Shown here in pieces: positions 33,247 through 46,632 of a stretch of DNA of 64,000 bases. Within the stretch, counting starts at the first letter, position 1. Each line of letters opens with the position of its first letter. Where the stretch lies: assembly GCF_902713615.1 (NCBI RefSeq), contig NC_052147.1:140991885-141055884 (forward strand). The letters run 5' to 3'. Both the position numbers and the translations under genes were made by a program. The notes below the pieces were generated by a model. The model worked only from the letters and a program-made list of their open reading frames with translations, searched no databases and was not told the origin of the DNA. This stretch comes from Scyliorhinus canicula. Its lineage: Eukaryota.

Positions 33247-36200
33247 GTATGAAAATAATAGGGATGAGAAGTGTCCCCCTGTCAGCCATTTCAATGTTGT
33301 GAGAGCTTACTAGGTTTCTCTGAACAGAGTTTTTTAAATTTTGCAATTTTAATTGGCAATTTAGCATCGCCAATCCATCTACCCTGCATATCTTTTGCAT
33401 TATGGGGCGAGACCCACACAGACACTGGGAGAATGTGCAAACTCCACATGGCCAGTGACCTGGCGCATGGATAGAACCCATATCCACAGTGCCATAAGGA
33501 AGCAGAGTTAACCACTGTGCCACCGTGCTGCCATACCACTGCACAGATTTACAGGGACACAATTTGTGGGGCGCTTGAGCTAATTGTTTTATTAATTTGC
33601 GGGATGTGGGCATCGCTGGCTTGGCCAGCATTTATTGCCCATCCCAAATTGCTCTTGAACTGAGGGTCTTGCAATGCATTTCAGAGGGAAGTTAAGAGTC
33701 AACCAAATTGCTGTGGGTCTGGAGTCGCACATCGGCCAGACCAAGTAAGGAAGACCGATTTCCTTCCCTAAAGGATATTAGTGAACCAGATAGGTTTTTA
33801 ACACAATCAACAATGGTTTCAAGGAAATCCTTAGATTTTTAATTCCATATTTTTAATGAATTCAAGTTGCACCATCTGCCGTGTTGGGATTTGAACCCAC
33901 GTCCTGAGAGCACTACCCTGGGTTACTGGGTTGCTAGTCGAGTGACAATACCACTATGCCGCTACCTCCTCATAAATTTCTGATCGACGTCTCTGGATTT
34001 TGGCAGCACTGAGCAGGTCAGGGTTATTGACTGTCCCTCATTTCCCTGCGGCATGGTGGTTTGCATTGCTGCCTCACAGTGCCAAGGATCCAGATTTGAT
34101 TCCGGCCTTGGGCAATTGTCTGTGTGGACTTTGCACGTTCTCCCCGTGTCTGCATGGGTTTCCTCCGGGTGCTCCCTTTTCCTCCCAGATTCCAAAGATA
34201 CGCAGGTTAGGTGAATTGACCATGCTAAATTGCTCATTTGTGACCAAAGATGTGTAGGTTTGAGAGCGGGAATAGGGAGTGAGCCCATGTAGGGTGCTCC
34301 CAAGAGGGTCGGTGCAGACTTGATGGGCCAAATGGCCTTCTCCTGGACAGTAGGGATTCTATGATTGTAAGATGCAGTCAGCAGTTAGAACTGATGGGCT
34401 TGCTAAGTCCCATCAAGCCCGAACAGGTGCCAGAATGTGGCGACTAGGGGATTTTCACAGTAACTTCATTGCAGTGTTAATGTAAGCCTGCTTGTGACAA
34501 TAAAGATTATTATTATTATAAGAGCTTTAAGAATCAACTGCATTGTGTGGAGTTGGAGTCGTCTCTAGTCCAGACCAGCTGGCAAGGTCACTTCCCTGAA
34601 GGGCAATAGTGAAACATTTGGGTTTCAAAAACAATCCTTGCATGGATGTTTCGATTTATTTTCCTCAGTCCACAAATGACTGAATTTATTGGTTCACTTT
34701 CCCAACTTGTTATGGGGGGATTTGAACTTGCCACCACTGGGCTGAAGGTACTAAATCCACTACCCTCTGTCGTAGCATTACTGCCATTCATCTTTGCTCT
34801 AAATTGTCCCTTCAACGTGGAAGGAACTTCACCTTGTACCTGATATGTGACCTTGGGCTTATTTCCAAAGCAGTGTAATACTGTATCATTCCTGAAAGTT
34901 CTTGGTGTTGAAACTCGTCCACTCTTGCTGTGCTGCCAACCCATGCTTTGTGAGCACAACATTTTAAAATGTTATCTATAGGCTACTTTATGAGGGTATG
35001 TGGCTTCCTGGGACTTTGACTATGAGTTTTTTTTAATTGTTTGTCTCTTGGTGGGGGTGGTGTGTTATTAAATTAACAATTTTTGCAATTAATACTGTAA
35101 TACAAGCCAAAACGCAGAGGTTGTTCTTCTCTTAAACAATGAATTCTAAAGTTGAATCGAATTTTTAAAAATAAATAATTTGATGTTCAACAGTAAGTGT
35201 CATAACTGCACTTCAATTAACTTTCTTGGTTGCGTGTAGGGTTTTTAAGTCATGTACTTCTGCCGTCCTTTTGTCCAGGCAATTTTGTTTTATCTGCCAT
35301 GTCTGCTCTGCTTCTATAGAGAGCTGTATGCTTTCGAGCAGCGCTTCACCAATTGTTTGGGTGTCAGCCTCAAAAAAGCCATCTAAAAATTTCACATCCT
35401 TACTTTGTACCCACATTTGTTAAAAGTGCATGCGTCAAACTAGTTCATATAATGAGGGAGGTTGGAGCTGGGAGTACAGCCTAAGATTTGCTTGCTAACA
35501 TTACTTTTAAGTGCCAATATCAAACTAGTCTGAGTTGTAAATATTTTATTCATGTGGAACTGATTCCATTGTTCTCTCTGCAGGTGATGCCATTCCTTAA
35601 ATAGGAAGTAGGAAAAATATTGTCCACTTATTTTTAAGTCTTTCGATCTCCATTCAGTTGCTTTTTTATTTCTGAATCTCTCTCATTGCTCACTGCTGTG
35701 CCCCACCTAATGCTCTAAATTTATGATCTCTCTTGCCATGCATGCTTCTCCAGCTGGACCTCCGACCTGCCCCCCCCCCCCCCCCCCCCAAATCACCTGT
35801 TTCCAACCAATCTTTTCAAATTGCAATGTTTGAATTTGAAAGCATATCCAATTATCCACTCTGTTGCACAGATTTATAAAATCCATTGCAGTGGTGAGGG
35901 TCAGCCCGAGCTCGGTGGGTAGCACTCCATTCCTTGAATCTGAAAGTTCAAGTTCCACTTTCTGACTTGAATAAATAATCTCAGATAACACCTCAGTATT
36001 GCATTATCCCTCAGATGAGACATTTAACTGAGGGCCCATCTATCGCTTTTCTTTGAAAGATCCTTTGGTATTTTTTTGAAGAATAGCATGGTTCCGCCAG
36101 TGTCCAGGCCCATATTCCTCCCTTATCCCCCAAAAATGGTCATTCATCTCAGTGAGGTTGAATGTGAGGTCTTGATATGTAAAATAACTGCTGTGTACAA

Positions 36201-37223
36201 CAGTGACTTTGTGTCATGAAAATAGTGAATTGTATGAAATGTTGAGAGGGATGTGATAAAGCATTATATGCCTACAAATTTGTTTTAGCTTTCCCTAAAT
36301 CAAAATAATATCAGACCATTATTTATCAGCTGTACCTTTTCCATTCACTGCAAGAATCCCATACCAACAGAAACAGATCTCTGCCCAGAGGTTTCAACAT
36401 GTCTCTATTGGGCCTTAAGGTGGTCCACCATTTTCAGTTGCAGCAGGAATGTTGCTCTGTGGAGTTTTACTGGCAAAAGTTTCTTTACTGCGTCAGTCAA
36501 AGTAGTACCAGGATTTTTGCCTCGAAGTCACAAAGCAAAGAGGTTCAAATTTCACCAGAGATTGAGAACATAATCTAGGCTTGCAGTCCAATGCAATATT
36601 GAGGGAATGCCACATTGTTGAAGGTATTATATTTCAAATCTAACATTAATCCAAGGCCCCTTTTGCCTTCTAGGGGCATGTAAAGGACCCAAGGGCACTA
36701 TCTCAAAGAAAAACAATGCAATTTTCTAAGTTACCCTGTCTCATATTTATCTCTCAAAGTCAATAAAACAATATCTGAACATGAATGCATTGCTGTTTGT
36801 GGGAGCTTGCTGTGATTCCTACATTACAACAGTGACCACACTGCAAAAGTATCTCCATTGGCCGTAAAGTATTTTGGGATATCCTGAGGTCATGGATGGC
36901 ACTCTACTATAGAATTGTACAGGATAAAAAAGGAGGCCTTTTGGCCCATTATGTCTGGACTGGGTCTTTGACAGAGCTATACAATTAGTCTCACACTCCT
37001 GCGCTTGCCCCATAACTCTGCAAACTTATTATATTTCTTTACATTTTGAACAACCTACTATCTCACCACAAAATGTCTGGTGTGCCCTAAATTGGAAATC
37101 AACTGTTAAGTAAATCAAATGTATTATTTATGTACTGCAATCCTAAAATTGTAATTCATGTATTTGTGATAATTTCATGCTGGTACAACAATCTGCTGTT
37201 TGCTCTTGTCTTGTATTTTTCAG

Positions 37224-37315
37224 TTCGCACCACTGCAACAGCAGCTAGCAACCTGGTTGAGGTATTCATTGATGGCAAGCAAGTGATGGTGGAGCCTGGA
37301 ACCACTGTCCTACAG
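37224..37315 (+). CDS. NDUFS1: NDUFS1 exon 3: (V)[30 protein letters not shown]
   Basis: AG/GT bounded, 92 nt. Confidence 0.97.
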
Positions 37316-37815
37316 GTAAAGCAGCTGACTATATCAGTAAACCATTGTAAATTTAGACTTGGGTCAGCTGGAAAGGGCTAAGAAGAGATTTCTGCAGGAG
37401 TTATTTTGGCAGGCAAGGAAGCTGAGAGACAAATAAAACTATAGCAGTGAATGACAAAAGCACAATACTAATGTTTGTTGTCATTTAGTCCTGTGTCCCT
37501 GGAGTGTCCAAGCCACAGAACCTTGCAAGCCGCAGATAGGACCCAGTTTCCTAGGCTCTGTGAATTGGATTGATGGAGGAAAGTGTACTGCCTGAGGCCC
37601 ACAAACTTAAAATTGTGTTCCCTTGCTGCTCACTGAACTATCGGCCCAACTATTTACTGTTTTGCTAAATAGGAGAGATAGCCACATGTCCAGGATGAGC
37701 TATAAGACTTCAATTGAAAATGTTTTTGAACTCTCAGCTGCATTGCATGAAGCCTTGTAGATGTTGATAGTTTCAGTCAAGTTCTCATTAATCTGTGGAT
37801 AGCTTCAGTTACATG

Positions 37816-38223
37816 GGGCGGAATTCTCCGACCCCCTGCAGGGTCGGGGAATCGCCCGGGGCCGGCGTAAATTCCGCTCCTGCCATGGCCGGAATTCTCC
37901 GCCACCCGGGAATCGGCGGGAGCGGGAATCACGCCATGCCGATCAGCGTGCTCCCCCCCCCCCCCCCCCCCCCCCCGCAGCGATTCTCTGGCCCGCGATG
38001 GGCCAAAGACCCGCCACTGACAGGCCTCTCCCGCCAGCGGGAATTGGAGCACCTCTGGTGCCGGCAGGATTGGCGGCGCGAGCGGGGTCCTGTGGGGGGG
38101 GGGGGAAGGGGCAATCGGACCCCGGGGGGTGCCCCCATGGTGGCCTGGCCCGCGATCGGGGCCCACCGATCGGCGGGTGGGCCAGTGCCATGGGGGCACT
38201 CTTTTTCCGCCGCCGCCGCCACG
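37816..38223. mobile_element. GC-rich non-autonomous DNA transposon (Harbinger-like MITE), right end lost
   Basis: Starts GGGCGGAATTCTCC, the same TIR type as 46633-47072. Its left end is closely similar to 63929-64000. Confidence 0.6.
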
Positions 38224-38394
38224 GGTTTGTTTCAAATCACGAGCCTTCGGGGCACAGCTCCTTCGTCAGGTGAATAAAGAGGTGGGTGCCAGAAACTTAT
38301 CTAGACAAGATGTGGAGATGCCGCCGTTGGACTGGGGTGAGCACCTTACGATGTCTTACAACACCAGGTTAAAGTCCAACAGATTTGTTTCAAA

Positions 38395-38431
38395 TCACTA
38401 GCTTTCGGAGCACTGCTCCTTCCTCAGGTGA
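38395..38431 (-). ncRNA. Minimal type I hammerhead ribozyme motif
   Basis: TCAC-CTGAGGA-a-GGAGC-agt-GCTCC-GAAA-GCTA-GTGA: stem I TCAC/GTGA, intact core, 5-bp stem II and palindromic AGCT in place of stem III. Confidence 0.7.
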
Positions 38432-38679
38432 ATGAAGAGGTAGGTTCCAGAAACCCACATATAGACAAAGTCAAAGGTGCAAGACAGTTGAAACAAAACT
38501 GTTGGACTTTAACCTGGTGTTCTAAGACTTCTGACTGTGATATATAGACAAAGTCAATGATGCAAGACGGCACTTGAATCCGAGTCTTTGCAGGTAGTTA
38601 CGTCTTTACAGGTCCAGACGGAGGAACTGGAGAGAGGTCTATATATATATATGTGTGTTTCTGGAACCCACCTCTTCAT

Positions 38680-38716
38680 TCATCTGAGGAAGGAGCTGTG
38701 CTCCGAAAGCTAGTGA
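38680..38716 (+). ncRNA. Minimal type I hammerhead ribozyme motif
   Basis: TCAT-CTGAGGA-a-GGAGC-tgt-GCTCC-GAAA-GCTA-GTGA. Confidence 0.65.
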
Positions 38717-39122
38717 TTCGAAACAAATCTGTTGGACTTTAACCTGGTGTTGTAAGACTTCTTATTGTGCTCACCCCAGTCCAACACCGGCATTTCCACA
38801 TCATTAACCCAAGTATATCTGGTTGCAAATTTTCTAACTCCTCTTGAAACTTACTTTCCTACCCATCTTGGTGCTGTAGGCAAATTTAGCTATTGTACAT
38901 TCAGTCCATTGATCCAAATGTAGATGATGTAGATTGTAAATAGATATGGCCCACAGGACTTCCGGTGGCGGCGATGACGTAGGAAGCCACACATTTGGGA
39001 GCTCCCGTTTTAAACTGACTTTTCGGCTCTATTTAGAGCCCAAAACGGAAATTTTTCGACGTCTCCCGGTGGGAGAAGGTGTGCTGATCGACTTTCCCCG
39101 CAGTCCATGACTCGAACTCGGA

Positions 39123-39951
39123 GTGGAAAGGGGGAAAAAAACGGCAGCAGCTCCCCAGAAAAAACAGGGGAAGGAATCCAAGATGGCGGCCGGTGGAGCT
39201 CCAGAGGAGTGGAAGCAGTGGGCCCTGGAGCAACAAGCTGCCCTCCTGCGCTGTTTTGCAGATTTCAAGGCTGAGGTACTGAGCTCTCTGCAGGAAACAA
39301 ACAAAAGGCTCTCAGAGATTCAGACCAGCCAGGGTGCTGCCATCAAGGAGTTGCAGACACAGGCCACTGAACGAGAGGAGGAGGCCGGGATCCTCGTGAG
39401 TAAGGTGGAGGGACACGAGGCACTCCACAAGAAGTGGCAGGAACGCTTCGAGGAGCTTGATCACCGCATGAGGCGGAAAAATCTGCGGATCTTGGGACTT
39501 GCGGAGGGGCTGGAGGGGTCGGACCTGACAACCTACGTGGCTACGATGCTGAACTCGCTAGTGGGGGCCGGATCTTTCCATCTGCCCTTGGAGCTGGAGG
39601 GAGCACACAGAGTACTGGCCAGGAGGCCTAAGGAGAATGAACCCCCGCGTGCGGTGCTGGTGAGGTTCCACCGGTTCAGTGATCGGGAGTGTGTGCTGCA
39701 CTGGGCCAAGAAGGTAAAGAGCAGCAATTGGGAGAATGGGGTCGTACGGATCTACCAGGATTGGAGTGCGGAGGTGGCTAAGCGGCGGTCCGGATTTAAT
39801 CGGACGAAAGAGGTGCTTTACAGGAAAAAGATAAAGTTCGGAATGTTGCAGCCCGCGCGCCTGTGAGTAACTTATTCGGACCGGCATTATTATTTGAATC
39901 CCCGGAGGAGGCGTGGGCCTTTTTGCGGACGGAGAAACTGGACTTGAACTA
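39123..39951 (+). pseudogene. L1 ORF1p (coiled coil plus RRM), premature stop near the C-terminus
   Basis: RRKNLRILGLAEG, AHR and IYQD motifs; TGA at 39864-39866 in LQPARL*VTY. Confidence 0.9.
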
Positions 39952-40649
39952 GGGGTTGGGGGTTGCGGGGTCGGTTATAATGCTTTATTGCTGGTTTCTG
40001 CTGTTGCTGTGTTCTCTTTTTTTTTGTACTTTTGCAATTTTGATGCGGTTATTTATGGGGGTGTTGTTCTGTTATGTTTTTTTGCTGTGGGGCATTGCTT
40101 GAGTTTTGTATCTTGCGGGGAGGGTTGGGGGGGTTTGTTGTATTCTATGTTGGGTTGGGGGTATGGAGTGGGGCTGGTATTTGGGAGCTGCGTCAGAAGG
40201 GTGTGGTGGGGCAGTGCGAAAGCGCGGGCTTTCCTCTGGTTTCCCGCGCTGCGGGGCTGGGGGGTGGAGACGATGACGGGGGGAGGCGGGGCCTTAACTG
40301 GTTCTTCCCCGCGCTGGAGCGGTGCCTGGAGGAGGGATAGATTGGGGGTTGATCCCACTTTGGGAGGGGTCGGGTTATTGGCGGGAGTTTCTGGGGTCAG
40401 CAGAAGTTAGCTGACCCACAGAAGTACAATGGAGGACGGTTCGCGGCTAGGAGGGTTCCTAGCCTGGGGGGGAAGGGAGGGGGGGAAAGGGGAATACCGG
40501 GTTGCTGCTGGCAGGGTCAGGAAGGAGCTGGTGGGGGCTGGGGGGACAGAGGAGAGGTGTTGTTGCTGTGGGGACTGGGTCGGGCAGGGGGTGCTGGCCT
40601 GGGGCGGGCAGTCGACAGGCTATGGCTAGTCGACGGGGGAGGGGGGGCG

Positions 40650-43600
40650 GGACGCCCTCTGATTCGGTTGGTCACCTGGAATGCGAGAGGATTGAATGGG
40701 CCGGTGAAGCGGTCGAGGGTACTTGCTCATCTGAAGGGGCTAAAGGCAGATGTGGCAATGCTTCAGGAGACCCACCTGAAGGTGGCGGACCAGGTCCGTC
40801 TGAGGAAGGGATGGGTGGGGCAGGTTTTCCACTCTGGGTTGGATGTGAAGAACTGGAGAGTGGCGATTCTGGTGGGGGAAAATGTGTTGTTTGAGGCATC
40901 GGAGGTCTTGGCGGATAAGGGGGGTAGGTATGTTATGGTTAGGGGCAGGCTACAAGGCGCGACGGTGGTACTTGCTAGTGTGTATGCACCAAACTGGGAC
41001 GATGCGGGCTTTATGAGGCGTATGTTGGGACGGGTCCCGGATCTGGAGGCGGGAGGTCTGATCATGGAGGGGGACTTCATTACGGTGTTGGATCCTTCAC
41101 TGGATCGGTCCAGCTCTAGGACGGGTAGGAGGCCGGCGGCGGCCAAGGTACTGAGAGGGTTTATGGACCAGATGGGTGGGGTGGATCCATGGAGGTTTGT
41201 GAGGCCGAGGGCACGCGAGTACTCTTTCTTCTCCCACGTACATAGGGTCTACTCTCGGATAGACTTCTTCGTGGTGAGTAGGGGACTGATTCCGAGAGTG
41301 GAGGAGGCCGAGTATTCGGCCATTGCAATCTCCGACCACACTCCGCATTGGATAGAGTTGGAGATGGGGGAGGTGCGGGACCAGCGCCCGTTGTGGCGGT
41401 TGGATGTGGTGTTGTTGGCGGAGGAGGAGGTGTGTAGGAGGTTCCGGGCAAGTATTGAGGGGTACCTCGAGGTGAATGATACGGGGGAGGTTCAGGTGGG
41501 GGTGGTCTGGGAAGCCCTGAAGGCAGTGATTCGTGGGGAACTGATATCCATCCAGGCACACAGGGAGAGGAGTGAGAGGGATAGACTGGTGGGAAAGATG
41601 CTGGAGGTAGACAGGAGGTATGCAGAGGCACCAGAGGAGGGACTGTTGGGGGAGAGGCGCAACCTGTAGGCTAAATTTGATTTGCTGACCACTAGAAAGG
41701 CGGAGGCACAGTGGAGGAAGACACAAGGGGCAGTGTACGAACATGGTGAAAAGGCGAGTAGGATGCTGGCTCATCAGCTCCGCAAGCGGGATGCGGCTAA
41801 GGAAATTGCTGGAGTGGGAATGTGGTGCGGAAGGGGGTAGAGGTGAATGAGGTCTTCAAGGACTTTTACGGGGAACTGTACCGGTTGGAGCCAACGGGGG
41901 AGAGGAGGGGAATGGAGAGGTTCCTCGACGGGCTTTCTTTCCCGAAGGTGCAGGAGGAGCAGGTGGAGGGGTTGGGTGCGCCGATTGAGCTGGAGGAGCT
42001 AGTTAAGGGGATCGGGCAGATGCAGTCAGGGAAGGCACCGGGGCCGGATGGGTTCCCGGTGGAATTTTATAAAAAGTTTGTGGACCTAGTAGGCCCCTTG
42101 CTGGTGCGGACACTTAATGAAGGGTGGGAAGGGGGGACTTTGCCCCCGACGATGTCGCGGGCGCTGATCTCGTTAATTTTAAAGAGGGACAAGGACCCCC
42201 AGCAGTGTGGTTCATACAGGCCCATATCTCTCCTCAACGTAGATGCCAAGGTGCTGGCAAAAATCCTGGCCACCAGGATAGAGGACTGTGTGCCAGGGGT
42301 TGTGCACGAGGACGAGACAGGTTTTGTGAAGGGAAGGCAGCTGAACACGAATGTGCGGAGGTTGTTGAATGTCATCATGATGCCGGCGATTGAGGGGGAG
42401 GCAGAGATAGTGGTGGCGCTGTTGCTGATAGAGTGGAGTGGGGGTACTTATGGGAGGTGTTGGAGAGGTTTGGATTTGGTGAAGGGTTCATTAGATGGGT
42501 AAGGCTGCTATATGAGGCCCCGATGGCGTGTGTGGCCACGAATGGGAGGAGGTCAGAGTACTTCCGGCTTTACCGAGGGACCAGGCAGGGTTGTCCCCTG
42601 TCCCCCTTGTTGTTTGCACTGGCAATCGAGCCGCTGGCAATGGCGTTGAGGGATTCAGAGAGGTGGAGCGGTTTGGTGCGAGGTGGGGAGGAACATAGGG
42701 TGTCGTTGTATGCCGATGAACTGTTACTGTATGTGGCGGACCCGGTGGGAGGGATGACGGGGGTGATGGAGCTGCTAGCTGAGTTTGGGACCTTTTCAGG
42801 TTATAAACTAAATTTAGGCAAGAGTGAGGTGTTTGTGGCACACCCTGGAGACCAGGAGGAAGGAATTGGTAGGCTCCCGCTTAGGCAGGCAGGGGAGAGC
42901 TTTAGGTACCTTGGAGTGCAGGTGGCCAGGGACTGGGGGACTCTTCACAAACATAATTTCACCAGACTTGTAGATCAGATGGAGGAGGAGTTCAAGAGGT
43001 GGGAACTGGAAGATAAATTTGGGCTTCCCCAAGGGAACATGTTCAGATACTTGCAGGTAAAGGCGTTTGCTAGGCGACAGGTAGAGGGATTCCCTTTGCT
43101 GCCCTCACGGGGGACGATGGACAGAGTGCTTTCGGGGGTGTGGGTCGGAGAGGGGAAGGTGTCTGACATCTATAAGGTAATGCAGGAGGTGGAGGAGCTG
43201 AAGGCCAAATGGGAGGAGGAACTCGGGGAGCAGATAGAGGACGGAACTTGGGCGGATGCCTTGGAGAGAGTCAACTCTTCCTCCTCATGTGCGAGGCTTA
43301 GTCTCATCCAATTTAAGGTGCTGCACCGGGCCCACATGTCCAGGACTAGGATGAGTAGGTTCTTTGGGGGTGAGGACAGGTGCACCAGATGTTCGGGGAG
43401 TCCAGCGAACCACGCCCATATGTTCTGGGCATGCCCAGCACTGGAAGAATTCTGGAAGGGGATGGCGGGGACGGTGTCGAGGGTGGTTGGATCCAGGGTC
43501 AAACCAGGGTGGGGACTCGCGATTTTTGGAGTTGCGGTAGAGCCGGGAGTGCAGGAGGCGAAAGAGGCCTTTGCGTCCCTAGTAGCCCGACGAAGGATCT

Positions 43601-43761
43601 TGCTACAGTGGAAGGATGCGAGGCCCCCAAGTGTGGAGCCCTGGATCAGTGACGTGGCAGGATTTATAAAATTGGAAAGGGTCAAATTTGCCCTGAGAGG
43701 ATCAATACAAGGGTTCTATAAACGATGGCAGCCCTTTCTGGACTTCCTGGCTCAAAGATAG
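40650..43761 (+). pseudogene. L1 ORF2p (APE endonuclease, RT, Cys-rich C-terminus), disrupted
   Basis: TWNARGLN, LQETH, SRIDFF, SDH, KAPGPDG, YRPISLLN, GTRQGCPLSP, YADE (for YADD) and CxxC..H..C. Several stops, frameshifts and an internal deletion. Confidence 0.92.
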
Positions 43762-44393
43762 GTATCTTGGTTAATAGCAGCAGCAACGTGGCGGGGGTTC
43801 CTTATTGTAGTTTCTATTATGTAACTTAATATTGTGTTAATTTGCGTTGTTAAAATGCTGTGTTGTTCATGGAGGTGGGGCGAATGTTTATGATTGCTAA
43901 TATTATTGTTATTTTTGGTATTTTATTATGGTTCGTTGTTGTTGTATAAATTCAAAATCTTTCAATAAAAATTATTTAAAAAAAAAAGATATGGCCCACA
44001 GTACCGATCCCTGTAGCACTCAATAAGTTTGATCTTTCCAATTCAAAAAAGACCCATTGATCCCTATTCTCTGCTCCCTGTAAACTAGCCAATCCTTTGT
44101 CCATTTTTGTTTACCTTAATCAACGGCCATGTGCACACTTTTCTCCCCTGCAGGGATCATCTGAATTTTGGTCAATTGATCAATCCCAGAGCCAATTGTG
44201 GAGCCAAGATGCCCCATTGAGATCAACGGAGATCAACTGACACAGTGCATCAGTGCTATGTCACGTCATCCATCTATCCACCAGCTTATTAGCTGAACAC
44301 CTCTCCCCATTCTAAACAAGAAAACATTGCCAATGAGAGGTAAAATGGATCTTAACTCAGGAAGTAATGTGACAAACCCAGTCTCTCTTCTGA

Positions 44394-44573
<180 letters not shown>

Positions 44574-45198
44574 TGATGGTACTGGGAAATAAATTCCATT
44601 TGGCATGAAATGGGTCAATTTAAGGAGAGGGCCAGGGAAGCAATAGTGTTCCCGCAGGAAGAGAACTGAGGAAGGATTTCTCTATCACAGGCATAGTGTG
44701 AATTTAGGGTGGAAGTAAAAATTAGAACGTATTTATTCAGCATTTTGTACAAGTGAGATCTACTGAAGTTAGAGCATTTCTTGTCCCTTTTCCCATCCTT
44801 CCCTCCTTTATCCCTCTCCCTCTCTGCCTTGCCCGCTGTTCTTTGTCCTGTTCCAACAGTTTGTCGTACTGGATTGCCACCTTTACATCAATACTGTGAT
44901 GTTGGTGGCAGTGGAGCACTGTACACCAGTGACCAGAGGAAGATTATCATCATAGAACACCTTTGTATACCGCAAATTGTAATATTTGAAGTAGATTAAC
45001 TTTTTTTAAAGACCAAAACGAGCCATCCCTTTTTTAAAATGAATTGAAACAGAAGTATTATAAATATTGAATTTTCCTCCCATAATATTGAAACGGTAAT
45101 GATTTATTTATATTTGTTATTCTCTGACTCAATATTTATTATTCTGTTGTTAATGTTCGTTGACTACAAATTGCGTGGTCCTTTTTCTTTTTTTTAAG

Positions 45199-45275
45199 CC
45201 CGTGGCTGCATGTGCGATGCCTGTGATGAAAGGATGGAACATCCTTACTAACTCAGAGAAGAGCAAGAAAGCCAG
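45199..45275 (+). CDS. NDUFS1: NDUFS1 exon 5: [25 protein letters not shown](R)
   Basis: AG/GT bounded, 77 nt. Confidence 0.97.
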
Positions 45276-45374
45276 GTATCGTCTATATGAAACCTCTTCA
45301 AAGATCGCTCTGTGAACATGCAGTTACAAAGAACAGAAAACACCCATCTGTCTGTCGGGCTCAATTGAAATCTG

Positions 45375-46460
45375 ACATAAGAACTAGGAGCAGGAATAGG
45401 CAATTCAGCCCTTCGAGCCTGCTCTGCATTCACTACGATCATGACTGATGTCATCTCCACCTTCCAGCCTGTTCACGATAACCCTTCATCCTGCTACTAA
45501 TTGAAAACCTACCTATCTCCTTAATTTGTTCACTGTTCCGGAGTCCACTGCACTCTGGGGTAGAAAATTCCACAGGTTCACAACTTTTTGAGTGAAGTAA
45601 TTCCTTCTCATTTTTGTTTAAATCTGCCACCCCTTTGCCTAAAACTATGGCCTCTTGTTCTAGAATGTCCATAGAACATACAGTGCAGAAGGAGGCCATT
45701 CGGCCCATCGAGTCTGCACCAACCCACTTAAACCCTCACTTCCACCCTATCCCTGTAACCCAATAACCCCTCCTAGCCTTTTTAGTCACTTACGGGCAAT
45801 TTATCATGGCCAGACTACCTAACCTGCACATCTTTGGGCTGTGGCAAGAAACCGGAGCACCTGGAGGAAACTCACGCAGGCACTGGGAGAACATGCAGAC
45901 TCTGCACAGACCGTGACCCAGCGGGGAATCAAACCTGGGACCCCGGCACTGTGAAGCCACAGTGCTATCTATCCACTTGTGCTACTGAGCTGTCCAACAA
46001 CGGGATACATCCGCTCTGTGTCCACCCTGTCAATCTCCTTTCGCATCTTATATGCCTCAATTAGATATCCTCTCGCTCTTCTAAACTCCAGCGAGTTGCA
46101 ATTTCTCAATCTCTCTTCATAAGACAAGTCCTTCGTCCCTGGAATCAATCTAGTAAGTTTTCTTTGAACCACCTTTACTTTGCTCTTGAAGTATGGGAAC
46201 CAAAACTGTCTGCGGTACTCCAGATATGATCTCACCAATACATTTGCCCTATACAGTTGGAACAACACTTCCCTATTTTTATACTCTCTTTGCAATGAAT
46301 GCCAAAATCCTATTTGCCTTCCATATTATTGGCTGCAAGTCATGCACGAGGTCACCCAAATCTCTCTGCACCAAAGCATTTTGAAGTTTCTCTCCATCAG
46401 ATAATGAGTTGCCTTTTTATTCCTCCGACCAAAATGAATAACTTCACACTTATCCATGTG
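45375..46460 (-). mobile_element. CR1-type LINE 3' fragment with a nested SINE (about 45671-45990, -)
   Basis: ORF 45969-46295 reads EYKNREVLFQLY..LVRSYLEY..QFW..VQRKLTRLIPG..LSYEERL. Confidence 0.8.
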
Positions 46461-46632
46461 AAGTTCCTTTTATTACTGAAGGAAATTGCAACTGATGTGA
46501 TTAATGTAGCCTGATGAATTTTGTGAAAAGTTTAGGTGCACAACAGAAATTCCTGGAAATAGGACAGGGAAAATAACTTGCATAGGAATGGGAGAAACAT
46601 CCCCACTGTATTACAGGATAATGAAATATAAG

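Larger units (their letters stand above)
38224..38803. mobile_element. Penelope-like element remnant: tandem and inverted terminal repeats with three hammerhead motifs
   Basis: About 38309-38470 is an inverted copy of about 38640-38802, and a further partial copy lies at 38224-38308. Each carries CTGANGA-hairpin-GAAR. Confidence 0.7.
38957..43986 (+). mobile_element. 5'-complete but decayed L1-clade LINE in NDUFS1 intron 3
   Basis: 15-bp TSD AGATATGGCCCACAG (38942-38956 and 43987-44001). Contains ORF1, APE-RT ORF2, AATAAA and an A-tail. Confidence 0.95.
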
